A stretch of DNA of 61,358 nt, counting the filler, from Chiloscyllium plagiosum (Eukaryota): assembly GCF_004010195.1 (NCBI RefSeq). It is 5 parts of one record of this genome, joined end to end, with 100 filler letters (N's around TTAATTAATTAA, not from the genome) between each part and the next. Parts side by side here need not be neighbours in the genome. Positions count along the whole stretch, not along the records: positions 23,753 to 36,192 come from NC_057717.1; positions 36,293 to 50,361 come from NC_057717.1; 3 more parts are not named here. One strand, given 5' to 3'. The position numbers and the translations under genes are program-made. How positions within the stretch are numbered: position 1 is the stretch's first letter; every line of letters begins with the position of its first letter. Below are positions 24,869-37,722 of the stretch, piece after piece. The notes beneath the pieces are model-generated. The model was given only the letters and a program-made list of their open reading frames with translations. It was not told where the DNA came from and ran no database searches.

Positions 24869-26810
24869 ATAGAACATAGAACAGTACGGCAGAAGACAGG
24901 CCCGTCTGCTTTCGATCGTTGTGCTGACCTTTTATCCCACTGTAAGGTAAAACTAACCTACGTAAGCTTCACTCCAATGTCATATATGTGCTTATCCAAG
25001 AGTCACTTAAATGTCCCTAATGTATCTGGCTCTACTACTACTGTTGAGAATGCATTCCACACACCTGCCACTCTCTCTGTAAATAACCTAAGTGATATAA
25101 CCCTTAAATCTCCCTTCAATCACTTTAAAATTATTCCCCCTTGTGATAGCCATTTCTGACCTGGGAAAACGTCTCTGAGTATTTCCTCAATCTATGCTTC
25201 TTATCATCTTATCACCTCTATCAAGTCAACTTAGTCATTCCAATAAGAAAAAAAACTCCCTCCACCTTTCTGCATAAGGCATTCCCTCCAGTCCAGGCAA
25301 CATCTTGGTAAGTCTCCACTGAATATTCTCTAAACCTTCCACATATTTCTTATAATAAGGCGACCACAACTGAACACAATATTCCAAATGTGGTCGATCC
25401 GGGGCTTCACATTTCAGCAGCATAAACTCGTGGCTCTGAAATCATTGCACCTGCTGATGAAGCCACCAACCAGACGCCTTCTTAAACACCCAATCAACAT
25501 GGATGGAAAATTTGAGGGATCTCTGGACGCGGACACCGAGATCCCTCTGTTCCACCACATTGCCAAGAATCCTGACTTGAACCCTACATCTGCACTGAAA
25601 TTCGACATTCCAAAATAAATCAATTCACGCGTTTACAGGTCGAACTCCATCGGCCAATTATCAGCCGTGTTCGGCATTCTGTCAATGTCTCATTGCAACC
25701 GACAACAGTTTCCCAAATTGTCCACAACTCTACCAGACTTTGTGTTATCGACAAAATTACTGTCCCATCCTTCCACTTCTTCATCCAACTCATTTTGAAA
25801 AATCACAACGAGCAGAATTTCTGCAACAGATCGCTGCAGAATATCTCTGGTCACCGAGCTCCAGGATGAATACTTTCCATCTACAAGCACTTTCTATCTT
25901 CTGCGGGCCAGCCACATTTGCATCCAGATAGACAAATTTTCCTGCCTTCCATGCCTCCTTACGTTTTGAATAAGCTTACCTAGTGGAACATAATCAAACG
26001 CCTCCCAAAAATTCACAAATCCACTGCTTTATCATCATCAATGTGCTTTGACAAATCCTCAACGAATTCTCCTGTGAAGCATGACCTGTCCCTCACAAAA
26101 CCATGCAGACTATCTGTAATCACAATAGGCTTTTAAAAATTATGGTAATTCCACTCTCTCAGAATCATCTTCCAGAGTTTGTCCAGCACTGATGAAAGAC
26201 TGATATGTCTTTCCTTATTAGAGCTTTCCTTATTCCCTGTTTTTGAACAAGGAAGTAACGTGCGATATTCTAATCATCTGGTACTACTCCATGGCACAGT
26301 GATTATTCAACGATTATCATTAAATGCGCAGCAATCTCTTCTCTCACTTTCTGTAGTTACCAAGGGTACATCCCGTCTGGTCCAGGTGATTTATCTATCC
26401 ATATGTCTTTCAAAATTTCCAGCACATCCTTTTTCTTAATAGAGATTTTTCGTGTGGATCAGCCTGTTTCACGCTGTCCTCACAAAAAACAAGGTCCTCC
26501 GCAGTAGTGAATAATGAAGCAGCATAGTTATTAAGCACTTCCCCTATGACCTCCAACTCCAGGCACAAGTTCACTCCACAATGCCTGATTGGTTGTCACC
26601 TCACTCTGTTCATTTACTTGCTCCGCACATAAGTGTAGAATGCTTTGGGGTTTTCCTTAATTTTCACCTTTTGTCATGTGTTCTTCTAGCTCTCAGACAT
26701 CAATTCATCAGGACCTTCGCGGCTACCTGATAACATTCTACACCCCTGTCTGATCATTGGTTCTGCATCCTTAAGAAATATTCCATCTTCCTCTTGTCTA
26801 AATGTCCACA
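24869..26810 (-). mobile_element. CR1 LINE, decayed ORF2 and 3' end
   Basis: RPHLEYCVQLWSPYYKK and VDGKYSSWSSVT peptides; tail tagaacatagaac. Confidence 0.88.
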
Positions 26811-26819
26811 TGGCAGATG

Positions 26820-28847
26820 ACCGTTTTCAGATCTACGTCACGCAACAGCCCTCACAAAAGTCGCAGCCTACATTTGTCTCGAGGTGAGAATGAGCAGCAG
26901 AGGATTGCTGGGAAGGTGAGTAAATATGCCTAAAATACTTAACTCAGGCGTCGGGGCCTCCATTTGTCGAGAGGTGAGAGTGAGGAACGTTCTCTCCCTT
27001 CCAAGTAGCAGCAGAAGCCGCAACAAGGTGCAGAGGACTGCTGGGTATATACTTTGGCATAAACTGAATCCCGAGGCAATATACTTGTCGTGTCTCGTAC
27101 CCGTCCTCCTCTCTAACCAAAAAAGGGACTCTCGTATGTTGCTGAGCTAAAGCATTTCAGTTTATATTTCTTTTGCATCACGAGATCGATTAAAAGTTTA
27201 ATATTAGCTGGTTAGTTGATAACGACCATAGAGAAAAACGAGAAGTTATTTAACTCATAAATTTGCATACATTAACTAAATAAGTAGAAATGGCTGGGCA
27301 CGTGATGTTCTGTAGCTGTATGATATGGGAATTGGTGAAACTCTTGTGAAAGTCCGTGACCACACTTGCAGTAAGTGTTGGTTGCTGGAAGAACTCCGGA
27401 TCAGAATGGATGATCAGGAATCAGAACTTCAAACACTGCGGCACATCCAGGAAGACGAGAGCTGCCTGGACGCATCGTTTTAGGAGGCAGTCACAATCGG
27501 TAGATTAAGTAATTCAAACTTAGTTAATGGTCAGGGAAACAGATTGAGACTGCAAGTGAGGCAGGCAGGATTCAGAGCTCAGGAGTGGAGGTGGCTCATC
27601 ACTTGACCATGCCCATTAGTTATGAGAAATTTGTTACCTGTATGGATGGGGAAGAGGGCTGAAAACAGCATGAGCCAGCTGACCACAGCACCATGGTGCA
27701 GAAGGCCATTCAAGAGAGGGGAGAAAATGGACAAGTAGTTGTTATTGGGGATTCTGAATTGGGGGGACAGATGCTATCCTTTGCGAGCCTGATCAGGAGT
27801 CATCCGTAGAGTGTTTCCTGCCCGGTGCCAGTGTGCAAAACATCTCCAACTGCTTTGAAAGAATATTGGAGCGAGAGGGGGAGGATCCACTTGTTGGGGT
27901 CCACTTTGGCACTAACAACATCGGCAAGATTAGGAAAGTGGACCTGTTTGGGGATTATCAAACACTCGGAAGGTAATTGAAGAACCGGTCCTCAAGGGTC
28001 ATAATCTCTGAATTACTTCCAGATCCACGTGTTGATTGGCATGGTGATACGAAAATTAGGGAAGTAAACACGTGGCTAAGAGACTGGTGTGTGAAAGAGT
28101 GATTCAATTTCATGAGATATTGACAACAGTTTTGGAACCGGAGGGATCTGTACTGATGCGACAGTCTCCACCTGAACCGATCTAGAACCAGTTCTCGCGA
28201 AAAGAATAAATAGGGTTTTCACTAGGACATTACTGTAGAGAATCGGGGAGAAGTGAATGGGAAAGCAACAGGGGGTAAGGAGACAAGCAGAAAGATATGA
28301 AGCAGGACAGCATTGTGCACGTTTTATGTTCAAGGCAGGCTAGGAATGAAACAAAATAAAGGATAACTCAGGACATATGACTCGAGATGCTGGAAATCAT
28401 GTCGATAAGAAAATTAGCATTATGGTGCTTTATCTGAATGCTCATCATATCCATAACAAAACATAAGAATTAATGGCACAAATTACCGTGAATGATTATG
28501 AGGTGATAGGCATCACAGAGACGTGGTTGCAGTGAGTTCAGGACTGGCAATTAAACATTGAAGGATTTACAACCTATCGAAAAGAGTCGCTGGGTTTCTT
28601 TCTTAGTTAAGAATGAGATTAAAGCTATGGCACTGAATGACAGAGTCAGACGATGTGGAGTTTGTACGGGAGGAGTTGAGGAACCACAAAGGCAAAAAAA
28701 AACCTAAATGGGATATAAGTACAAACCTCCCAGCAGTGGTCAGTACCAGGTATGCAAGATGCACCAGGAAATACATAGGGCATGTCAGAAAAGCATGTCG
28801 CGGAGATTATGGGGGACTTCAATATGCAGGTGGACTGGGTGAATAAT
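26820..28847 (+). mobile_element. CR1 LINE 5' portion: 5'UTR, ORF1 (zinc finger + SGNH esterase), start of ORF2 endonuclease
   Basis: Manual translation gives MAGHVMFCSC...HTCSKCWLLEELRIR (~27290), VVVIGDS (~27735), VHFGTNNIG (~27900), LYLNA and IGITETWL (~28430-28530), and IMGDFN (~28810). Frames are broken. Confidence 0.88.
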
Positions 28848-29347
28848 NNNNNNNNNNNNNNNNNNNNNNNNNNNNNNNNNNNNNNNNNNNNNNNNNNNNN
28901 NNNNNNNNNNNNNNNNNNNNNNNNNNNNNNNNNNNNNNNNNNNNNNNNNNNNNNNNNNNNNNNNNNNNNNNNNNNNNNNNNNNNNNNNNNNNNNNNNNNN
29001 NNNNNNNNNNNNNNNNNNNNNNNNNNNNNNNNNNNNNNNNNNNNNNNNNNNNNNNNNNNNNNNNNNNNNNNNNNNNNNNNNNNNNNNNNNNNNNNNNNNN
29101 NNNNNNNNNNNNNNNNNNNNNNNNNNNNNNNNNNNNNNNNNNNNNNNNNNNNNNNNNNNNNNNNNNNNNNNNNNNNNNNNNNNNNNNNNNNNNNNNNNNN
29201 NNNNNNNNNNNNNNNNNNNNNNNNNNNNNNNNNNNNNNNNNNNNNNNNNNNNNNNNNNNNNNNNNNNNNNNNNNNNNNNNNNNNNNNNNNNNNNNNNNNN
29301 NNNNNNNNNNNNNNNNNNNNNNNNNNNNNNNNNNNNNNNNNNNNNNN
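28848..29347. other. Assembly gap (500 N)
   Basis: Run of N. Confidence 1.
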
Positions 29348-31895
29348 ATTTCTTCTTGGAAAATAAAGCAGGGCAAGTCACTGACCCGTTAAAGATGGAG
29401 CACTTTGTGACCAGTGACCGTAATTCTACTGGTTTGAAAATTGATACGGGAAAGGATAGGACTGGTCCACGTGTCAATGTTTTGAATTAGGGCAAGGCAC
29501 ATTTTAATGCCGTTAGGCAGGAACTTTCAATAGAAGATTCGGATGCTGTTCGCAGGTAAAGGGACTTCCAACAAGTAGGAATCTTTCAAAAGTGAGATAT
29601 TGAGAGTTCAGGGACTGCATGTTCTGGTTAGTGTTCCAGGACAGCAGAAATAAGGAACAGGATATGACAGGGAATATTGGGGCTCTGGATTAGTGGTGCT
29701 GGAAGAACACAGCAGTTCAGGCAGTATCCAAGGAGCTTCGAATTCGACGTTTCTGGAAAAAGCCCTTCATCAGGAATAAAGGCAGTGTGCCTGAAGCGTG
29801 GAGAGATAAGCTAGAGGAGGTTGGAGATGGGGAGAAAGTAGCATAGAGTATAATGGGTGAGTGGGGGAGGGGATGAAGGTGATAGGTCAGGGAGGAGAGG
29901 GTGGAGTGGCTAGGTAGAAAAGGAGATAGGCAGGTAGGACAAGTTCGGACAAGTCATGTGGACAGTGCTGAGCTGGAAGTTTAGAACTAGGGTGAGGTGG
30001 GGGGAGGGGAAATGAGGAAACTGTTGAAGTCCACATTGATGCCCTGGGGTTGAAGTGTTCCGAGGCAGAAGATGAGGTGTTCTTCCTCCAGGCGTCTGGT
30101 GGTGAGAGAGCGGCGGTGAAGGAAGCCAAGGACCTCTATGTCCTCGGCAGAGTGGGAGGGGGAATTGAAATGTTTGGCCACGGGGGGCGGCGTGGTTGAT
30201 TGGTGCGGGTGTCCCGGAGAACTTCCGTAAAGCGCGCTGCTCGGAGGCGCCCAGTCTACCCAATGTAGAGAAGACCGCATCGGGAGCAACGAATCCAATT
30301 AATGATATTAGTGGACGTGCAAGTAAAACTTTGATGGATGTGGAAGGCTCCTTTAGTGCATTGGATAGAGGTGAGGGAGGACCCTCTCGTCAAGTAAAAA
30401 GGAGGGGTATACCAGGTGCAGGCAGCTAGGGTCAAGGGAATGCCTTGAGCGTATGGGTTGTGGGAGTAACCTTACCATAGAAATCAGGAGTGCAAAAAGG
30501 GTGCATGAGATAGCTTTGATTGATAGGGTTAAGGAGAATGGAAACAGATTATGCAAGTATTTTAAGCGCAAATGAGAAGCGAGGGAGAGAATACGGTGTC
30601 ATAAAAATCACAATTTGTGGTTTCATAAGAGATGAATTCAGATTATTGGGTTTATTGTCATATGCACAAATATGAAGATAGTGAAAATTTTATAAGTCAC
30701 AACATGCGGCGCACACTTCGGCTCAAAGAACATGGTTTTGTGTATGGGAATTTCTGTTTCACCAACTTCGGTGAAATGTTTGAATAGGTTATCAAGAAGA
30801 TTGATGAAGGTAAAGCAGCATACGTTATCTACGTGGAACTTCGTGACGTCCAACATGGTTTCACATGGTAGCCTGGTTACTAAGGTTAGATCACAGGGGA
30901 TCAGTGGGAGCCATCCAATTAAACACAATATTAACTTGACAATGCGAGACAGGAGATGCTAGGAGAGATTTGTTTTGAGCTGCAGTGTGCCACAAGGACC
31001 AGTATTGTGTCCACTTTTGTTTATGACTTTAATAAATGATTTGGACGAGAATGTATGAAGCATAGATAGGAAGTTTTTTCGACGACGACATAAATGCGAA
31101 GTGTTGCCTTTTGTCTCACAAATCAGGGCAAGAGTTACACAGTTAATTGTCGGGCCTTGAGGAGTGTTATCAAACAGAGAGAAGCAAGGATGCTTTTGCA
31201 TAGTTCCTTGAAAATGGAGTCTCAGTTAGAAAAGGGTGATATGGAAGACAATAGGGCCACTCAACGTCATCGATCAGAACAATTGAGTACAGGAGTGGGT
31301 CATCATGTGATTGCTGAACAAGAGAATGCGAAGGCTACATTTGGAGAACTAAGTACAATTCTTGTCGCCCTGTTTTAGGAAGGATGTTATAAACTGGAAT
31401 GGGTACAAAAGTATTTTAAATTGTGTCAATTACACTGGGGGTTTTGAGATAAAAGGATAGCCTGTATAGCCTGTGACATTTTTTCCCTATTGCGTAGGAG
31501 GTTGTGGAAGATCTTATGGAGGTTTATAAAATCACGAGCAGCATGGATAGGGTGAATGGACAAACTCTTTTCCCCAGGGAAGAGGTGTGCAAAACCAAAG
31601 TGCAAAGGCTTAAGGTGAAAGGGGAGAGATTTAAAAGAGATCTAAGTGGCAAATATTTCGCACAGACTATGCTATGTATATGTAATGAGCTGTCAGAGAA
31701 AACGGTAGGGGGAATATATTTTCAACATTTAAAAGTCTATTGGATGGGAACATGAATGGGAAAGTTTTCTAGGGGATATGTGCCAAACGCAGACAAATAT
31801 GAATAGTTCAGTTTAGGAAATTTGGTGCACATAGACACGTTGGGCCGAAGGGTCTGTTTGCATATTTTATGACTTTATGATTCTACGACTCTATA
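29348..31895 (+). mobile_element. Decayed CR1 ORF2 to 3' end, interrupted by a Penelope-like element
   Basis: EHFVTSDRN-like endonuclease end (~29400), VPQGPVL (~30990), KVKGERFKRDL (~31620), tail atgactttatgattctacgactcta. Confidence 0.8.
29686..30380 (-). mobile_element. Penelope-like element, 3' part (GIY-YIG endonuclease + terminal repeat)
   Basis: CSRCGLLYIG (~30290-30260) and HFNSPSHS...RRLEEEHLIFCLGTLQPQGINVDF; terminal repeat with a hammerhead motif at 29742-29777. Confidence 0.88.
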
Positions 31896-32469
31896 ACTCC
31901 TCCTTCGTGACCAAGTATTTGTTGCCCTCAAATCATTTTCAGGTCAAAAATTCTCTTTAGAACTCGAGTTCCTCTCCCTTTGAAAAGCGAATATCAAACA
32001 TTGATGGAGTACTGCAGACCACAGCAACAGAAGAAGCAAAGTTGTATTCAACCGCAACCTGTCAATTTTTAACCGGGATATTCCCTCAGTCTATGATAAC
32101 CATGAAGCTGATCTATTGTTCAGTGACGATTGTGGGTGGACATGCTAGAGTCAGAACAATGTGTACCTCATCCTGATTATTACCTGTTAAAGCTACCACA
32201 CTTGATTGGTTACGTTCCAAACAAAAGGTCTTTCATCAGATATAGAGGGTAAAATGATTGAAACACCAACAGGTCAGATCGAAGCTCTGCAGTGCTGTCA
32301 CATCCAATCAGAAATAGAGATGGACGAGCAAACAGCTTACTGGAGGAGAGGGCTCCCCAACTTTCCCCATCCTAAATAATGGATCAGCCCTATGTATCAT
32401 TGTAAAGAACAAGGATGTAGTAGCTGCACCGTCGTTAGCCAGTGGTGTTGAGTGGATGATTCACCCAGG

Positions 32470-34388
32470 AATGCTGATGAAGTTCTGATGACCGAAACGT
32501 CGATATTCCTGTTCCTCGGATGCTGCCTGACCTGCTGTGCTTTTCCTGCACCACTTTAATATCGACTCTGGTTTCCAGTATCTGCACTCCTTGGTCTTAC
32601 ATAGTTGATTTTAACCATACTGCGAATCCTCTTGCAAGGATGCCTGCCTTGAAAAGGTTTTCCACCTCTCTCTACAAGAATGTCAGTGAGTCCCTCTCTT
32701 TCACTGCAACCCCCAAGTCATCTTCATTGCCCTGAATCTCTTCAACCATGTCCTGAAACAGACTCGCTACCACAGTCACATTTGCTTTCTCAGTGCCTGC
32801 CTCCGTAAGCTATTCATCCCACACAGACTCCAGACCACGTTTAAACCAGCAGAGTTCGGAACCGAACAGGACAAACAGTAGACTACAGATTCAAACCACC
32901 AGCAACAGTTCTCCCTCAAGACCCTTTGATCCACACTCGCAGCCATGCATGCCACCTAACCTCTCTACAGTCAGGTCTGCCTCAGTTGAGGGCCACACTC
33001 TCTCAAAACTGCAAAGGACCCCTTCTATACTATATTCTCAGGAGAATTCATGCTCTCATCAAACAGTATTTCAACACCATCTCAAACGTCAAAAACTGTA
33101 AGCACAACCAACTTTTATACATCCACCCCTATGAGCAGCACCCCTCAAGCATTCCAGAAGATTCCCCCGGCCTCTGGAACTGCTCGGATGCCATTAGACA
33201 TGTGGTGGCTGCAGCGACCATCCCCACGGTGAATGATAACGTCACTTACGCCCCAATCATGGCCGCTCCCACCAGCCACTTCCGCCCCTCAGAATTCCTC
33301 ATGCCCAACACGTGATATCACCTCCGCCCCTCACATCATCGCTGATGTCACACGTTCAGTGACTTCCGCNNNNNNNNNNNNNNNNNNNNNNNNNNNNNNN
33401 NNNNNNNNNNNNNNNNNNNNNNNNNNNNNNNNNNNNNNNNNNNNNNNNNNNNNNNNNCAACAGATCACTCTGTCTCCATCCCCGCCACCAGAACCCTGAG
33501 GGGAACACCACCCCTACGCATGCCTCCACCCCCATTCCGCCTAACACCACGCCCACTCCATTTTACGGCTCCGCCCCCACTGCCTGCTCCACACTTACAC
33601 CAGGTCTTAGCTCCCAGCCATGCCGGGTTTTCACCATTCCCCTTGACCTCCCCCTCACTGTGGACGAACGATTCGTCCTTAGCAAAGGCCTCATTTTATG
33701 CCCCTGCATCCACGCATCAATGAATTTAATACACGCCATGATGTTGAACACCTCTTCCGCTGCCTCCCCCTCTGAGCTAACTTTTACAATCAGGACTCCC
33801 ACTCACCTTCCGACGTCCCATTTGCCCGCCTCCAACACACTCCATCCAGCTGGACACTCCGTGTTGGCCTATTACCTGCCCTCGATCTCTTCATTTCCAA
33901 TTGCTGCCGAGACATGAACCGCCTCAATCTGTCTACCCCCTCCCCCACTCCAACCTGTCACCCTCACATCGCACAGCCCTCCACTACCTCTGCTCCAATC
34001 CCATCCTCACCATCAAAACCGCAGATAAAGTTGGTGCAGTTGTAATTTGGCGCACTGACCTCTACACCACTGAAGACAGACGCCAACTCGAAGACACCTC
34101 CTCCTACCGCCCTTCGAACATGATCCCACTCCCATCACCACGCCATCATCTGCCAGACCTTAGATAACCTCTTCATCTCGGGAGATCTCCCATCCACGTC
34201 TTCCAACCTCATAGACCGGGATCTCCGCACCGCCCGATTCTACCTCCTTCCCAAGATTCACAAACCTGACCACCCTGGCCAACAAAAAATCTATTCCTGA
34301 TTAAGCTCTTTTTTCTGAAACGTCGATTTTCCTGCTCCTCGGATGCTATCTGACCTGCTGTGCTTTTCCAGCAGCACTCTAATCTAGA
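32470..34388 (+). mobile_element. Penelope-like element, 5' part with internal deletion, flanked by direct terminal repeats (88-N gap inside)
   Basis: RT N-terminal motifs VLSKGL, TIKTADKVGAVVIWRTDLY and FYLLPKIHKP. The repeat gaaacgtcgat.ttcctg.tcctcggatgct..ctgacctgctgtgcttttcc occurs at ~32494 and ~34317. Most of RT and GIY-YIG is missing. Confidence 0.85.
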
Positions 34389-35099
34389 CAAATATTTGAG
34401 ATGTATTGGGAACAGCTGGGTCATAAGGACCGAACCATGTGATAGCCCACGATACTTGCACTCCAAAAAAAACCGTTTTAATCTTATATAATGTCAGCTG
34501 TCCCATTCAAAAACCATGTTCATGTATTAGGCCCATTCCATCAAGAATTCATTTTGCGCACTAGGATTGGGACTTTATCAAAAAGCTTTCTCAAAACTCA
34601 AATGCACTGCAGCCGTTGCTTCTCTGCAATGAATTGGACAGTCAGTTTCTCAAAGCTGATTCACATTTCATAAATCTATGTTGACTGTGTCTGAACCCAT
34701 TACTTAGAGTCCCATCAGTTTCTGCCAAGTTGTGTATTTCCAAACTTCATTCTAGTTCTTTTTTTCTCTCCAGGCTTAGGTTTCCCAGTATTACTGGGAG
34801 TTTTTCTTTTGGCTTGTTTTCTTCTCTGAAGATAAGAACTGAAGTATTTCTTTAATAGTTCTGCCATTTACCTGTTCTCCATTTTCCATTTTCTCGCTGC
34901 TGACTGTGAATAAGCTTCATTTGTTTTCTCTTACCATTTACATTGACAGTTCATTCTTATACCTCTTGTTAAAATACACTTCAGAAACCATCCATTTCTG
35001 TTTTCAGATTCGCAATGATAAACCTTCCAGAATCATACAGCCACAGATATACAGTGTCTGTACCGTCAGAAATACAGCACAATCTACATTAGTCTAACT

Positions 35100-36048
35100 T
35101 TCCTACGCAAGACCAGGAGCCGTGAATATTATGACACTTCAAGTGCTCGCCCACAGACTTTGAAATGGTTGTGAGATTACCCATGAGAACGCCCCTCTAA
35201 GGAAGAACATTCCAGAACCCAAAACCTTCTGTGTTTAAAAAGAACAATTCTTGAATCATCTCTAAACCTCAAACCCTCCAGTTTGAAAGTGTGCTATTCT
35301 TGTACTTGGCGCTTTGACTATTAGGAACAGCTGCTGCCAATCCACCATTTCCATGTTCTTCGTAATCATAGCTAATATCTTCCACCCCAGGGAACATACT
35401 GGTTAATCTCCTCTGCACCCCGTCCAGTGCAATCATTTCCTTCCTGTAATGTGGTCCCAAAACTGCACACTGTATTCCATCTTGGCTTAACCAAATTTCT
35501 GTATAACTCACGTAATCAATGCCTCAATGAATAAAGGCAATGACTATTGTCTACAATGCATGCATAACTAGCCCATTAAACTGTCCAGTCACATTCATTG
35601 ATGCGTGGAGATGCACCCTCTGAGATACTTGTGTGGAGTCATTCACTCAGTACCTCCGTGTCTGGTGCTTTCCTCCAAAGTGCATTACCTCATATTTATC
35701 AGGGTCACAATCCATCCGCCATTTTCCTGCATAGCTGACCATTCAATCTGAACCTTCCCGTAACATGCGAAATTCGTCCTATCACACTTACTTTTCATAA
35801 TCACCCCACTGCACTCCGGATTCATATCCACAATATTTATGAATACCACACATAATAAGGGAGACAACACTGATCCCTGTGATACAATACCGCACACTGG
35901 TCTCCAGTCACACCAACAGCTTTCTACCACCACTCTCTGTCTCTTGCCACTAAAACAATTTTGGTTATAACTTGCCAAGGCAACTTTGATTCCATGACAT
36001 TTTACTTCCTTCATCAGTTTTCCATGCGGGGCTGTGTCAAATGCCTGG
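35100..36048 (-). mobile_element. Old CR1-clade LINE RT fragment
   Basis: AFDTAPHGKL...RQRVVVE...VSQGSVLSPLL and LDGVQRRLTSMFPG. Confidence 0.8.
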
Positions 36049-36049
36049 C

Positions 36050-36192
36050 TCAGAAACCACAGTTGAAAAATGTGGTGCTGGAAAAACACAGTCGGCCAGG
36101 CAGCATTGGAGGAGCAGGAGAATCGATGTTTCGGGCATAAGCCCTTCTTCATGAATGAGGCTGGTGTGCCAAGCGGGCTGAGATAAAAGGTA
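36050..36192 (-). mobile_element. Penelope-like terminal repeat, cut by a contig break
   Basis: Same terminal repeat family; hammerhead-like motif at 36121-36156. Confidence 0.75.
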
Positions 36193-36837
36193 NNNNNNNN
36201 NNNNNNNNNNNNNNNNNNNNNNNNNNNNNNNNNNNNTTAATTAATTAANNNNNNNNNNNNNNNNNNNNNNNNNNNNNNNNNNNNNNNNNNNNTTTGGAGA
36301 GGATTCGAGGCAGAGAGTATAGGAGAATGGGAGATTGGAAGAAGTGAATGCAGGACGGAGAGTGAGTGAAGGAGAATGGGGAAAGTCCGACAGTGAAATA
36401 TAGGTTGTAAATGGGAGGGGAGAGAGACAGAAGCACAGTGTAATGCTGCGAGGGAGATATGGAAGGAGTGGTACAAAGGAAGAGAGATTAATTATAACGA
36501 GGCCAGGTGGATTGGTTGACTTGGATTTGAAAGCAATGACAGAGTGTCTTTAACCCAACTTCTGAGGTAAGTCCCTGTTCCGCTCACCATCCATGAGTAC
36601 GAGAACTTGGGGAGGAGTCTCTCTCTCTCTCTCTCCAGCTCAGCTTCTTCAAACAATCAGTGGGATGGTGCCTTTTCTCACTGGCCCCTGAATTGAGAGC
36701 AACATTGAAATCTGCCCCTGTATCCCACTGTGGGATAGGGTTAGACAATCCAGCACGACACTCAGTCTGTTACCATACCAACAGGCTGCTTCATTGTTGA
36801 ATTGCTGAACTGAATGAGAAAATTCCGGATGGATTGA

Positions 36838-37722
36838 TTAAAGAGTGAATTTGATTGATTGTTGAATTTGGGTAACTGGATATTTCAGCACATTCTTCAG
36901 CTGCTGTCTGAACTTAGTCTGGGTCACGGCATAAATCGCGGTGTTTGTGCAGCAACTGAGGAGCTGCAGCATGTGGCCCAATTCCATCATAAAACCCGGT
37001 GGAACCAAAGGAGAATATCCATTCGCTGCCATCCGGAACCATATAGAATACACCATTAACGTTGACCATAGCAGGATGAAATTGGCCGAGATCACAAACA
37101 GTAAAATGATGGATTTTTTTCGATTTCTCATTTCTGTGTCCGACTGAGCGACCCCATCGGTGTGAGCCTGGAGTCTGCTGCGAGCTCTGCTTGTCACTAA
37201 AAGGTGTCTGATGGAGAAATGGGGTAGCTGGGTTCAGAATGTGGTGAAGGAACTCGAGTTTGAGCCAGAAAGGGGATAATAGAACATCCATAGTTAGAGC
37301 ACAAAACCAAGTGGGGTTCTCCAACCAATACCAAGGTAAATACAGAAAATACCAGAAGACGTTCTTTGAACAGGCCAGCACGGTCACTGATCCCAGAACG
37401 ACAGCCGCTGTTTTCTCACTGTAATATTTACGTTTCAGCTTCTGGCAACATATGGCCACAAACCGATCAAAGGTGAAAGCGATGGTGAACCAAACAGAAC
37501 AGTCAGTTGCTGCATAAAGCAGGACGGCATGGATATTACACACGGGGATGGAGTACCTCAGGAAATAAAACTGTTCAGCATAAATAATGGGAATGTGTCT
37601 CATTATCAGGTCGAGGATAATGACCAGTAGATCCGCCACTGCCATGGCCCCCAGGTAACGTCTGATGCACTGAGACAATCCACAATCTTTATAAAGCAGG
37701 ACGTCGATCGTCAATACGGTAA
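36838..37722 (-). pseudogene. GPR139-like GPCR exon 2 with a frameshifting deletion in TM5
   Basis: Acceptor ttgctttcttttctcacag| in the same phase as gene 1. Frame A gives YLGAMAVADLL, CSVWFTIAFTFDRFVAIC...NPATPF. Frame B resumes at ~37215 with SIRHLLVTSRAR...FILLW...CCTNTAIYAVTQTKFRQQL. About 26 nt are missing relative to gene 1. Exon 1 was not found. Confidence 0.85.
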
